43,586 bases of DNA from Chiloscyllium plagiosum (taxonomy: Eukaryota), in assembly GCF_004010195.1 (NCBI RefSeq), contig NC_057711.1:74049511-74093096 (forward strand), written 5' to 3'. A program made the position numbers and the translations under genes. Positions 12,189 to 22,458 of the stretch are shown here, piece after piece (the stretch's first letter is position 1; each line of letters opens with the position of its first letter). The notes beneath the pieces are model-generated. The model did not search any database and was not told where the DNA came from. It saw only the letters and a program-made list of their open reading frames with translations.

Positions 12189-12764
12189 GTGACTATCTGT
12201 TTCTCCGGCTTTAAGTGAACCTATGGTGAAATGTATTTTACTACGCATTTGTGTGCATGCAGGTGGCACTTATTGAAAGAAGTGACATACCAAGTGATTG
12301 TAGATGGTTTTTTCAATAACCTAGATTTTTTAAAAAATGTTAATGAAGAAAAACAGAGTGGTGAGGGAAAGTCTGGGCAAAAAAGAAGCCATCACTACTT
12401 ATAGTTATTGGATTAATTTGCTCATTAGCAAAATTGGAAGCCGCAACAATAAAAAGGACAATACCAGCAAGTTCTTGCCAAAGGACAGTTGCGACATCCC
12501 TCTTGGGCAAAAGAGTCAGGTCGAGGCCTGAGGATTACTGCATTTCTCAAGCAAATTAAGATGGACAAGTACCAAATGACTTCCAGAATACGGCTTACTA
12601 CACCAAAGTTTTTCTGTTGAAGACTGAAATAGACTTTAAGGACATGTCTGTTTTGAGCAAGGAAGGTACTAGCAGCAGAAATTTAATGCAGGGCAATGGG
12701 ATATCTGTATAAATAGTAACTATTTAAATAGATGAAAGAAGTTGCCACTAATCCACAGGCAAGG

Positions 12765-13122
12765 CTGGACAGGATTATGCCTTCACTCAAGTGTAGAAGG
12801 TTCAGGGGTGACCATATTGAGGTTAATAAAATTGAGGACCATAGATAAGGTGAATAGCAGAAGTCTCTTTCCTAAGGTATGGGAGTTCAAGACTAAAGGG
12901 CACAGTTAAGGGGTGAGAGATTTGAGACCTGAGGAGTAACCTTTTCAGAGGGTGGTTTGTGTCGAATGGACTGACTGCAAGTGGTAGATGCAGGTACAGT
13001 TACATTTAAAAGATGTTTGGATAAATCCATGAATAAGACCCTTAAAGGGATTTGGGGTTAACTTTGTTTGGGAAACATTGGTCAGCATGGACCAAAGGGT
13101 CTGTTTTTAGTGCACTCTGAAC
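12765..13122 (+). mobile_element. CR1/HER1-like LINE 3' fragment
   Basis: aggggtgaccatattgaggt (RGDxIEV), actaaagggcacagttaa (TRGHxxK) and a CR1 3'UTR-like end. Confidence 0.7.
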
Positions 13123-13399
13123 TAAAGGGAGACAGATTCAATGGCACTCCCACATCAACCTCTAGGTTGCAACCAGGTGAATATCCTACCCTCCTTTTTC
13201 CCATCCAATATCTATGTTAAAAGAAGCCAAATTAACCAAATTGGTATTAAAGGGTGAACTTATTAGCCACAAACATGAAAATAAATAGAATGCAGTATAA
13301 AGATTAGAAATGTAAACTGGGTGGGGAGGGAAATCTTAGATCCTTTATTAAAGAGTTCAGAATAGATTTATGAAGATGTTCCTCTGATTGGAGGGTTTG

Positions 13400-13790
13400 A
13401 GTGATAGAGGCTGGGGCTACATTCCCTTCGGTGGCTGAGGGGTGATCTTTACAGGTTAATAAAATCATGACTGGTGTGAATGGGGTATATAGGTAAGTCT
13501 TTTCCAGGGATGGTGGGAGGAGCTCAACTAGAGGGCATAGATTTAAGGTGAGAGGAGAAAGATTTAAAGACAGGAGGGACAATATTTTTCACGCAGTGTG
13601 GCAAGTGTATGGAATGAGTTGCCAGAGCAAATGGAGGAAGCTGGTATAATTACAACATTTTAAAAGACCTATAGATAGGTAGATGACCAGGGTTTAGAGG
13701 GATATGGGACTAAATTTATATAGGAGATCTAGTCAGCATGGATGAGTTGGACTGAATGGTCTGTTTCTATGCTGTATATCTCTAGACTAA
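13400..13790 (+). mobile_element. CR1/HER1-like LINE 3' fragment
   Basis: ctgaggggtgatctt, actagagggcatagatttaaggtgagagg (TRGHRFKVRG), tggaatgagttgccagag and a 3'UTR. Confidence 0.75.
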
Positions 13791-13995
13791 ACCTGAATTC
13801 CATGAAGACTAAATTGCAGATATTACCATCCAACATGATGGTCACAAATAGTGACTCACTTTAGTTTAAGATTCTTGGTTATGTAAGATAGCTGACAGGT
13901 GTTAACTCATTATTGTCTTCATTGTTCACTTCACTGGCTTACCTGGCTCCCAATATTCTTGGGAAAGCATCTTTACTTGCATCACCATATCTATT

Positions 13996-14097
13996 CTGGA
14001 TCAATGGTGCTGGAAGAGCACAGCAATTCTCAGCATGCTCCTGCCCCACTGAACTCATCTCTACCTACCTCGACACTGTCCTATCCCCCCTAGTCCA
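13996..14097. mobile_element. 102-bp Penelope micro-insertion (inverted pLTR end plus RT fragment) flanked by a 41-bp direct repeat
   Basis: 13994-14029 is the reverse complement (35/36) of the PLE end at 42326-42361. The remainder encodes SACSCPTELISTYLDTVLSPLVQ, a PLE RT-like segment. Identical 41-mers at 13955-13995 and 14098-14138. Confidence 0.85.
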
Positions 14098-14639
14098 ATT
14101 CTTGGGAAAGCATCTTTACTTGCATCACCATATCTATTGGCTATTCTCAAGCTGTGACCTTCACAGTGCACTAAACCACAAGTCCACTGATAAGGTAAAA
14201 CAATGTTTCCAGTTTGGGACATCATTCACAGGAAATGGCTTTCTGTCATGTTGTAGTCAGCATCTTGCTACTTCAGCTGTAATGTTACTGACTACTTTGT
14301 TTTGATTTGCATCTCTAATCTTTGCAGCTTTTGAAAGGTTGTTTTTTAAATTCTTTGTGACTTGAGATGTTGTATTCCAGAGTTCCTCTGATCACTGCGA
14401 GATAATTGCTGAATCTGCAGTTGCCATTTAGCTAGTCTCCTTTTCTCTTAATTACTTCAAGTTCAATGTGCCTAAATCTGGTGTTATGCTTGAGGATATA
14501 TGCATAAACATGTAGAGAAATCTCTTTGAAGGTGGCAGCTGGCTAAGCAGATGTATTGGATTCTAAGGATTTAAGTACAGTACCAACAAGCTTTTAAACT
14601 GGTACATAATACTATGGCCCTAGACAGACTAAGATCTAG

Positions 14640-14817
14640 GTCAGGCAGCATCCAAGGAGCAGGAGAATCGACGTTTTGGGCATAAGCCTTCTTCAAGCAG
14701 GGCTTATGCCCGAAACGTCGATTCTCCCGCTCCTTGGATGCTGCCTGACCTACTGCACTTTTCCAGCAACACATTTTTCACCTCTGATCTCCAGCATCTG
14801 CAGTCCTCACTTTCTCC
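14640..14817. mobile_element. Palindromic Penelope-derived mini-element (family A)
   Basis: Near-perfect inverted arms around ~14695 and gggcttatgcccgaaacgtcga. Perfect 15-bp TSD cagactaagatctag (14625-14639 / 14818-14832). Confidence 0.9.
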
Positions 14818-15029
14818 CAGACTAAGATCTAGTAAACTACAGTCTGTGAAGGCTTTGTGGAGTATAGTAATGACTTTAAGAATGGAATGAATAGACAGTT
14901 TCTACAAACTTAGGGAAGCATGAGTGGTTTTCTTGCATAGAAAGCAGACTGCTCCTTAAAATGAAGGGCTTGATTGGAGGGAAATAACTTTTGAGCAGGA
15001 GGCATAGATTTAGTGACTAACCCATTTTT

Positions 15030-15300
15030 AAGTGGTAATGTAACATGACTACATATCCAGTCACCCAGGCTAATGTTATAGGTTGAAATGCCACCATGGC
15101 AGATGAGACAATCTTTTGAATTGCAAGCTGTTTAAAGCTGATCATGACCACAACCACTTTTAATAACAAACATCTAGTTTGTTGCCCTTTTAGGGAAGGA
15201 AATCTGCCACCCTAGTCTGGCCTACATGTGACTTCAGATGCACAGCAATGTGGCGGACTATTAATTGCCCTCAAATGGCCTGAAGCAACCAGTTAATGAG
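15030..15300 (+). mobile_element. Old SINE-like interspersed repeat relic
   Basis: The block tttagggaaggaaatctgcc...tctggcctacatgtgact...cacagcaatgtgg resembles a recurrent shark repeat (from memory). Family not assigned. Confidence 0.4.
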
Positions 15301-15848
15301 CTATTTCTACCAATTACTGTATCCCATGGAAGAAAAATGTGGAAAACACTCTCCATTAGAATGTGGATATAGACTAGTATTGTTTTGTTTAAGGGAATGG
15401 ATGAATGCTTGAGGGAATAAGAGCATAAATGTAAGTTAAATGGCCATAATCTGTGCTGCATCAAAGATGACCATCAAGGGAGATGGTTGCCATAAGCAAG
15501 TGGACCAGACTTCAACTGGTTGGTGAATTTATAATGTGAAATATGTACATAGGTCTAACCAGCTGCTTTGCCTCACTTCAGTGAACCACCTATTTGCTTG
15601 TGGTAGCCCACACACTTGTTAAACATGAGTTCATTTAACATAATCACCTATAGTGTGGTAAACAGTGGGAGGGAATTTTGAGAAGGAATAGAAAACATGG
15701 ATGTGAGGGTGGGAATGAGAAAAATGGGATGCAATGGAAATTTAAGGAATTGGACATGGCAGTGGTAGAGATTGTGAAATGAGGGGGAATGGGAAATATA
15801 ATATGGAGAAAGGTTAGGAGTTTTGTGAAGGCGTGGGGAAATACATGC

Positions 15849-15970
15849 CAGTGGATTAGCCATGGAAATGCAGGGTTATAGGGATGGGGTGGTTTAGGGT
15901 GGGCTGCTCTTTAGAGGGTTGGTGTGGACTTGACAGACTGGCCTACTTTCACACTGTAGGGATTCAATAA
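15849..15970 (+). mobile_element. HE1-like SINE 3' half
   Basis: gtggattagccatg...ctctttagagggttggtgtggact...cacactgtagggattc, similar to the SINE copies at 19347 and 28833. Confidence 0.65.
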
Positions 15971-16089
15971 TTCTATTGTACTCTTACAATGTATGTTTTA
16001 CTGAAACTACTGTTTTAAAATGTTTCCAGTCAGCTTCAGATGTGTCTATCTTTTGAAATGGGTTTGTTAAACCACTTTTTTTTGAACAG

Positions 16090-16212
16090 GGCTATGGTAC
16101 AAAAGATAAGGTATTGATCAGAATTATGATTTCCCGCTCTGAAGTGGATATGAAGGACATCAAAGCAGCATACAAAGCTAAATATGGAAAAACACTTTAC
16201 AAAGCTATCAAG
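16090..16212 (+). CDS. ANXA1: Annexin A1-like coding exon (123 bp, repeat IV): [41 protein letters not shown]
   Basis: ttttgaacag acceptor, aag|gtaagt donor. GxGT and LIRIMxSRSExD motifs. Confidence 0.96.
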
Positions 16213-16217
16213 GTAAG

Positions 16218-16681
16218 TGTTGTGGACCAGATCAGGCAAGCCCTCTTAAAACACTTCTGGAAGGCAACCCAGGCCCTAACCTTGCTAGGTGTTTTAAGTA
16301 GGTGTAACATGGATATTCCAGGAGAGAATCAGCTAGTCAAACCACTTGTTTAATTTAGTAATTTTGTAAATCTTTTTTAAACAACAAAACAGAATACAGG
16401 ATGGAATAGAAGTCATGAGTGTACCAGACTGGACCTGCTTCTGGGTCCAGTTGCTCTTTTCATTACTCAGCAGAGCTGGGAGAACCAGCCACCCCCTTTC
16501 ATTGTACAAGTGTTTTTTTTTAAACTTTAAAGTCTCTGAGACAGTATCAGTTAACTTTTATCAAATTGTCCCTGAAACCCTTCAACCTCCAGACTTTTCA
16601 GCATCTATCATTTACAACCTCTCTGGGGGGAGAAGGAAACCAAGGACTGTGTAACCTTGTTAAAGGAACAGTTTAGTCACC
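16218..16681. mobile_element. Putative solo LTR inserted in the splice donor of the 123-bp exon
   Basis: A 464-bp segment starting TGT.. and ending ..GTCACC (TG...CA-like, last base deviant), flanked by the 5-bp direct repeat gtaag (16213-16217 / 16682-16686). No coding evidence. Confidence 0.45.
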
Positions 16682-19346
16682 GTAAGATTGCACTCACTAG
16701 TTGAATTTCTCAAAACTAATCCTGCTTTGATTTTGGATCTTGCCCTCCTGCACTGATCTTGTAGTTAAAATTTGCTCATTTTAATTTAGAAAGTAAGTTT
16801 TGACTATATTTCTAGAGATGTTTCTCAATCTAAATGGACAGCTGAAGCTTATTTCGAAAGTGAAACCAGGAATTTCTAAACTTGTTTGGCATTTATAGGG
16901 ACATAGCTCTAATCTAATTGAAAAAGAGAGACAAGCTTATTCTCAATGTTGTGGGCTTCCATGCCTACTTAAATTTAATTGGAATTATATCTTTAGAAAT
17001 AGATTTTTCATTTGGTGAGAATGAAGTGATTATTCATTGTGCTGAACTTAACATTATGAACTAAAATGTTTTTCCCTGATGCAAAACACAATCTGTTCAC
17101 TAGCATTTGGATTATGAACCACAAAAGCCAGTCGCAGGTGGGTGGGGGTGACAATGTTATCATTTTAAATTGAGCTTTTTGTCAGAATCCAATTTTCCCA
17201 TTTGAAAAACAGTATTAAAAATGTTTTTCTTTAAGATCAGTCCTGTGCACAAACAAGATTTGGTCAGTTTTTAATCTATCCCATGCTATAGCTCTGGTCT
17301 CAAGCTTTCCATTGCTTTTACTTTTGGTTACACTTTTTGGTCTGAAATAATCTTGTGAAATTTGACTCTTTTTAAACCAATAGAACAACTGAACACCCCA
17401 ATTCCAGCATTCTCAAATTTTGTGTTTTAGAACTTAGAACATTACAATGTAGGCCCTTTGGCCCCCCTGTTGTGCTGACCTGTGAAACCAATCTGAAGCC
17501 TACCTAATCTACGCAATATTCCATTTTCATCCATATGTCTATCCAATGACCATTTAAATGCCCTTAAATTTGGCCTTAAACCACAATTGCAGACAGGGTA
17601 TGGAATGCACTCTTACTGAGTAAAGAAACCACCTCTGACATCTGTCCTATGTCTCTGACCCCTCAATTTAAAGCTATGTCCCCCTGTGCTAGCCATCAGC
17701 ATCTGAGGAAAAAAGCTCTCACTGTCCACCTTATCTAACACTGATTACCTTGTATGTCTTAATTAAGTCACCTCACAACTGCCTTCTCTTTAACAAAAGC
17801 AGTCTCCTGTCCATCAGCCTTTCCTCATAAAACTTTCCCTCCACACCAGGCAACATCGTAGTAAATCGCCTTTGACCCCATTGCAAAGCTTCCATATCCT
17901 TTGTATAATGTAGTGACCAGAACTGTACGCAACACTCCAAGTGTGGCCTCACCAGAGTTTTGTACAGCTGCAGCATAACCTCATGCTTCCGAAACTCAAT
18001 TCTTCTAATTAAAGCACCTTATGCCGCCCTAGCAACCCTATCAACCTGGGTGGCAACTTTCAGGGATTTATGTACATGGACACAGGTTGCTCTGCTCATC
18101 TACATACCAAGAATCTTACCATTGGCTCAGTACTCTGTATTCTTGTTGCTCCTTCCAAAGTGAATCACCTCACACTTTTTGCTACATTAAGCTTCATTTG
18201 CCACTTTTCAGCCCAGCTCTGCAGTTTATCTATGTCCTGCTGTAACCTACAACATCCTTCATCACTATCCATGACTCCACTGACCTTAGTGTCATCTGCA
18301 AATTTACCAACACATCCTTCTATACCCTCATCCAGGCCACTTTTAAAAATGACATAGTAGTGGATCCAAAAAAGATCCTTGCTGTACACCACTATTTTAA
18401 AAAAAAAAGTCAGGATGAACATTTCCCATCAACCACCACCCTGTTTTTCAGCTAACCAATCTCTGATCCAAACCACTAAATCACCCTCCATCTCATGCCT
18501 CCGTACTTTGAGCAATAGCCTACTGTGGGGAAACTTATCAAACGCCTTACTGAAATTCATGTACACCACATCAACCACTTTATCTTCATCCACCTGTTTG
18601 GTCACCTTCTCAAAGAACTTGAACTCAATAAGGTTTTGTCAGGCATGAACGATGCTTAACAAAACCATGTTGACTATCCCTAATCAACTTCTTCACTTCT
18701 AAATGATTAAATCCTATCTCTTATAAACTTTTTCAACAGTTCACACTTGACCAACATAAGGCTCACTGGTCTATAATTACCAGAGTTGTTTCTACTTCTC
18801 TTGAATAAGGGAACAACATTTGCTTTCTTCCAGTCTTCTGGCACTTTTCCTGTAGACAATGATGACATAAAGAGCAAAGCTAATGGCTCTGAAATCTCCT
18901 CCCTGGCTTCCCAGAGAATTCTAGCACAAATCCCATCTGGCTCAGGATTTATCTTTTTTTAATATACTTTTCAGAATTGCTAGCATTTCCTTGTGAACCT
19001 CAATCCCATCTCGTCTGGTGACCTGTATCTTAGTATTTTCTTCAACAACATTCTTTTTCTAGTATGAATACTGATGAAAAATATTCATCCAGTGCTCCTA
19101 CCTCCCTCTGACTCCACACACAACTTCCCACTATTATCCTTGATTGGCCCTAATCTTACTCTAGTCATTCTCTTGTTCCTGGTATACCTGGAGAAAGCCT
19201 TAGAGTTTTCATTGATCTTATCCAACAACTACTTGTATTCCTTCCTGGATCCTCTTAGCCAAGAAAGACCTAAAGAGAGCTAACTTGTTGTTCTCAAACA
19301 CCTTAACTGAGCCTTCACATCTTATCCTAACATAAGCTGCCTTTCC

Positions 19347-19634
19347 TTAGATTAGATTAGGTTCCCTACAGTATGGAAACAGGCCCTTCGGCCCAACAAG
19401 TCCACACTGACCCTCCAAAGAGCAACCCACCCATTCCCCTACATTTACCCATGACTAATCCACCTAACACGATGAACAATTTAGCATGGCCAATTCATCT
19501 TTGGACTGTGGGAAGAAACCCACGCAGACCCTGGGAGAATGTGCAAAACTCCACACAGACAGTTGCCCGAGCCAGGAATCAAACACTGGTCTCTGGCGCT
19601 ATGAGGCAGCAGTGCTAACCACTTAGCCACCATG
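19347..19634 (-). mobile_element. HE1-like tRNA-derived SINE nested in the CR1
   Basis: Minus strand starts atggtggctaagtggttagcactgctgcctca (A box), then ttgattcc (B box). LINE-like 3' end with tagat repeats. Confidence 0.85.
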
Positions 19635-20313
19635 TTGAGATTCAACTTCTTTAGTAAACCACAGCTCCTGTACTCAACAACTTCCTCCCTGCCTGACAGG
19701 TATGTACTATCAAAAACCTGTAGTAGCTGTTCTTGAATAATCTCCACATTTCAATTGTGCCCATCCCCTGCAGTTTTCTTCGCCATGTTATGCATCCTTA
19801 GTCATGCCTAATCACATTGTAATTGCTTTTTCCCCAGCTATACCTCTTGCCCTGTGGTGTACACCTATCACTTTCCATCACAATTTAGTTATGTTTACTT
19901 TAGTGGCACCAAAGTGCTCACCTATCTCCAAATCTAACACCTGGCCAGGTTCATTATCTAGTACCCAAATCTAATGTGGCCTTAGCCCTTGTTGGCCTGT
20001 CTACATACTGTCAGGAAATCCTCCTGCACACATTGGACAAAAATTAACCCATCTAAAGTACGTGAACTATAGTATTCCCAGTCAATATTTGAAAGCTAGT
20101 CCCCCATAACAACTATCCTGTTATTCTTGCTCCTATTGAGAATCATCTTTGCTATCCTTTCCTCTACATCTCTGGAATTATTCCGAGGCCTATAGAAAAC
20201 TCCCAAAAGGGTAACCCCTCCTTTCCTGTTTCTAACTTCAGCCCATTCTACCTCGGTAGACGGGTCCTCCAATGTCCTTTCTGCCACCAGAATACTGTCC
20301 TTGACTAACAATA

Positions 20314-20508
20314 GCTGAAAAATGTGTTGCTGGAAAAGCACAGCAGTTCAGGCAGCATCCAAGGAGCAGGAGAATCTACGTTTCGGGCATAAGCCTTCTT
20401 CCCGAAACGTTGATTCTCCTGCTACTTGGATGCTGCCTGACCTGTGCTTTTCCAGCAACACATTTTTCAGCTCTGATCTCCAGCATCTGCAGTCCTCACC
20501 TTCCTCTA
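20314..20508. mobile_element. Palindromic Penelope-derived mini-element (family A) nested in the CR1 endonuclease region
   Basis: Inverted arms of ~75 bp around ~20395. Perfect 14-bp TSD cttgactaacaata (20300-20313 / 20509-20522). Confidence 0.9.
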
Positions 20509-21172
20509 CTTGACTAACAATACCACTCCACCACCACTTTTACTATCTTCCCTGTTCTTACTGAAGCATTTAAATTCTGGAACCTGCAATAACCATTCCT
20601 GTCCCTGCTCTACCAGTGTCTCCCAAATGGCCACAACATCGCAATTCCAGGTGCCAACTGATACTGCAAGTTCAACCACCTTTTTTCTGAATGCTCCTGG
20701 CATTGAAGTAGACACACTTCAAACCAACTTCTTGTTTGCTGGTGTCCTCTTGTGACCTTAACCTTATTTCTGACCTCACTACTCCATCTCCTGTATACTC
20801 TAACTACAATTTAGGTTCCTACCCCCTTGCTGAATTAGCTTAAACCCACCCAGAGAGTATTAGCAAATTTCCCTCCCAATTTGTACCCAAATTGTTACCC
20901 CTCTGGTTTAAGTGAAGACCATCCTGTTTATAGAGGTCCCAGCTACCCAAGAAAGAGCCCCAATTATCCAAGGTGAATTTGAGTGAAAAGTACTTGATTA
21001 TTGATTCTTGTACGCAAGCATTTCTGAAAAGAACCTGCTGGATTGTTTGTCTCAAATTGGGATGGGGGAGAAAAATGACCATTTCATTCCTGAAAGAGTT
21101 AGAAAAACATAAACTGGAGTTCAATATATTGTGTGATGGTGCTAACTTTTGATTTTCTTTCTTTATACATAG

Positions 21173-21232
21173 GATGACACTAAAGCAGACTATGAGAAAA
21201 TCCTGTTGGCTCTATGTGGAAGTGACGAGTGA
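21173..21232 (+). CDS. ANXA1: Annexin A1-like terminal coding exon: DDTKADYEKILLALCGSDE*
   Basis: Pyrimidine tract plus catag acceptor; TGA at 21230-21232. Matches ANXA1 DETKGDYEKILVALCGGN. The ten exons sum to 869 nt (2 nt + 289 codons) with no internal stop. Confidence 0.95.
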   Translation, partial: DDTKADYEKILLALCGSDE

Positions 21233-21371
21233 TATTTTTTTTGGTTCATATGGACCAAATGTCTGTGGATGCTCATCTTTGTCATTTTCAGTAACCATGT
21301 AATGAAGCTGAATTGTAATACTGCTAAGTCAACATTTCAATGTCATGGTGTTGAATACCTTTAATGGTGCA

Positions 21372-21377
21372 AATAAA
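21372..21377 (+). terminator. Probable polyadenylation signal (AATAAA) of the annexin gene
   Basis: First AATAAA after the stop codon, 140 nt downstream. Confidence 0.6.
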
Positions 21378-21889
21378 AAGTTCTGAATTGTCATTCACCT
21401 ATCAAATGAAAATGTAATCATTGCTACCAAACAGGAGAAAATAATTTGAAATTACCTGCTGGCCTTCATTTTAAAGTACTGTAGTTGCCCTGACATCTCA
21501 TCTTGCTAGCTTTTTCCAAGATAGCTGCTAGTTTTCCAATCTCAGGTCTTTAAACTGGCTGTAAAGTTTAATTTTTAGCATTTTACAAAGCTACCAAATT
21601 TTGACACTTCTATCAATTACCAAACCACTTCTGATCAGTTTCTTTGAATCCAGTGAATATTTAGCACAAGCGTTGCAAACTAATCTACCTATATCTTATG
21701 TAAATCTGTCCCTAATACTAATTTCACTTCACTCCACAACACCTAAGCAGGAATGAATGAATGGAGGGTTGGGTTGGAGAAACAATCCAATCCAGAAAAA
21801 AGTGTGATGGAGCAGACATCATCTTCACTCGCCACAATTCAGTTGGGTATGGGGAAGGACAGCTTCCCTGCCCAGAATTGTGCTGCACT

Positions 21890-22240
21890 TAACATAGAAA
21901 ACAGGAGCAGGAATAGGCTATTCAGCCAGTTGAGCCTGCTCCACCATTTATGATCATTGCTGATCATTATCCTCAATACCGTCCCACTTTATCCCCGTAA
22001 GTCTAATTCTTAAGGTTAGAGGGATGAAATGTTAACTTCAAAAGCATTTTAATGTTTTGGCCTCAACTGCTTTCTGTGGCAGGCAATTCCACAAGCTCTT
22101 CACTTCTGGGTGATGAGATTTTTCCTCATTGTCCTAAAATAGCCTGCCACATTACTTGACTGACTTCTGGATGCCCCTACTGGAGGGTATACACAATGTT
22201 CCCAATCTAGTCTTGTTAGAATTTTTAAAGACTTGAAATT
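21890..22240 (-). mobile_element. CR1-like LINE 3' fragment
   Basis: aacatagaaaacaggagcaggaataggctattcagcc...gagcctgctccaccatt is the typical reverse-complemented CR1 tail. Confidence 0.6.
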
Positions 22241-22458
22241 CTGCTCTTTTCTACCCCTGCACCACCCCCCACCCCACCACCTCCTGAACACCACCTTGAT
22301 TGCACCCTCTGTAGCCAGAAAAAATATTTATCCTTGGCAAAAGAAACAACTCTGCAATCCAGTGGCATCCTTTTTTTTTTAAACCTCCTTTTTGTCTTTC
22401 TCTTCAATGGAATGAGTTGCTAGAGGAAGCGGTGGAAGCTAGTACAATTACAACATTT

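Larger units (their letters stand above)
17428..20973 (-). mobile_element. Long decayed CR1/HER1-like LINE (ORF1 esterase remnant, endonuclease, RT, 3' end)
   Basis: Minus-strand fragments DLYKQDGLHLNQRG (SGNH esterase DxxH), DVVAIWET, GGGVVLLVK, LLGVFYRP, IVVMGD, GKFADDTK, WAEKWQMKLN and YKTLVRPHLE. tagaac repeats at the 3' end. Confidence 0.9.

Noticed and set aside
19590..19634. tRNA-like A/B boxes here and at 28833-28890
   Set aside because: These are SINE heads followed by SINE body and LINE-like tail, not tRNA genes.
2119..20508. Selection against sense-strand hammerheads inside the annexin pre-mRNA
   Set aside because: Intronic motifs are degenerate on both strands, mostly by CpG decay or truncation, so age explains it equally well.
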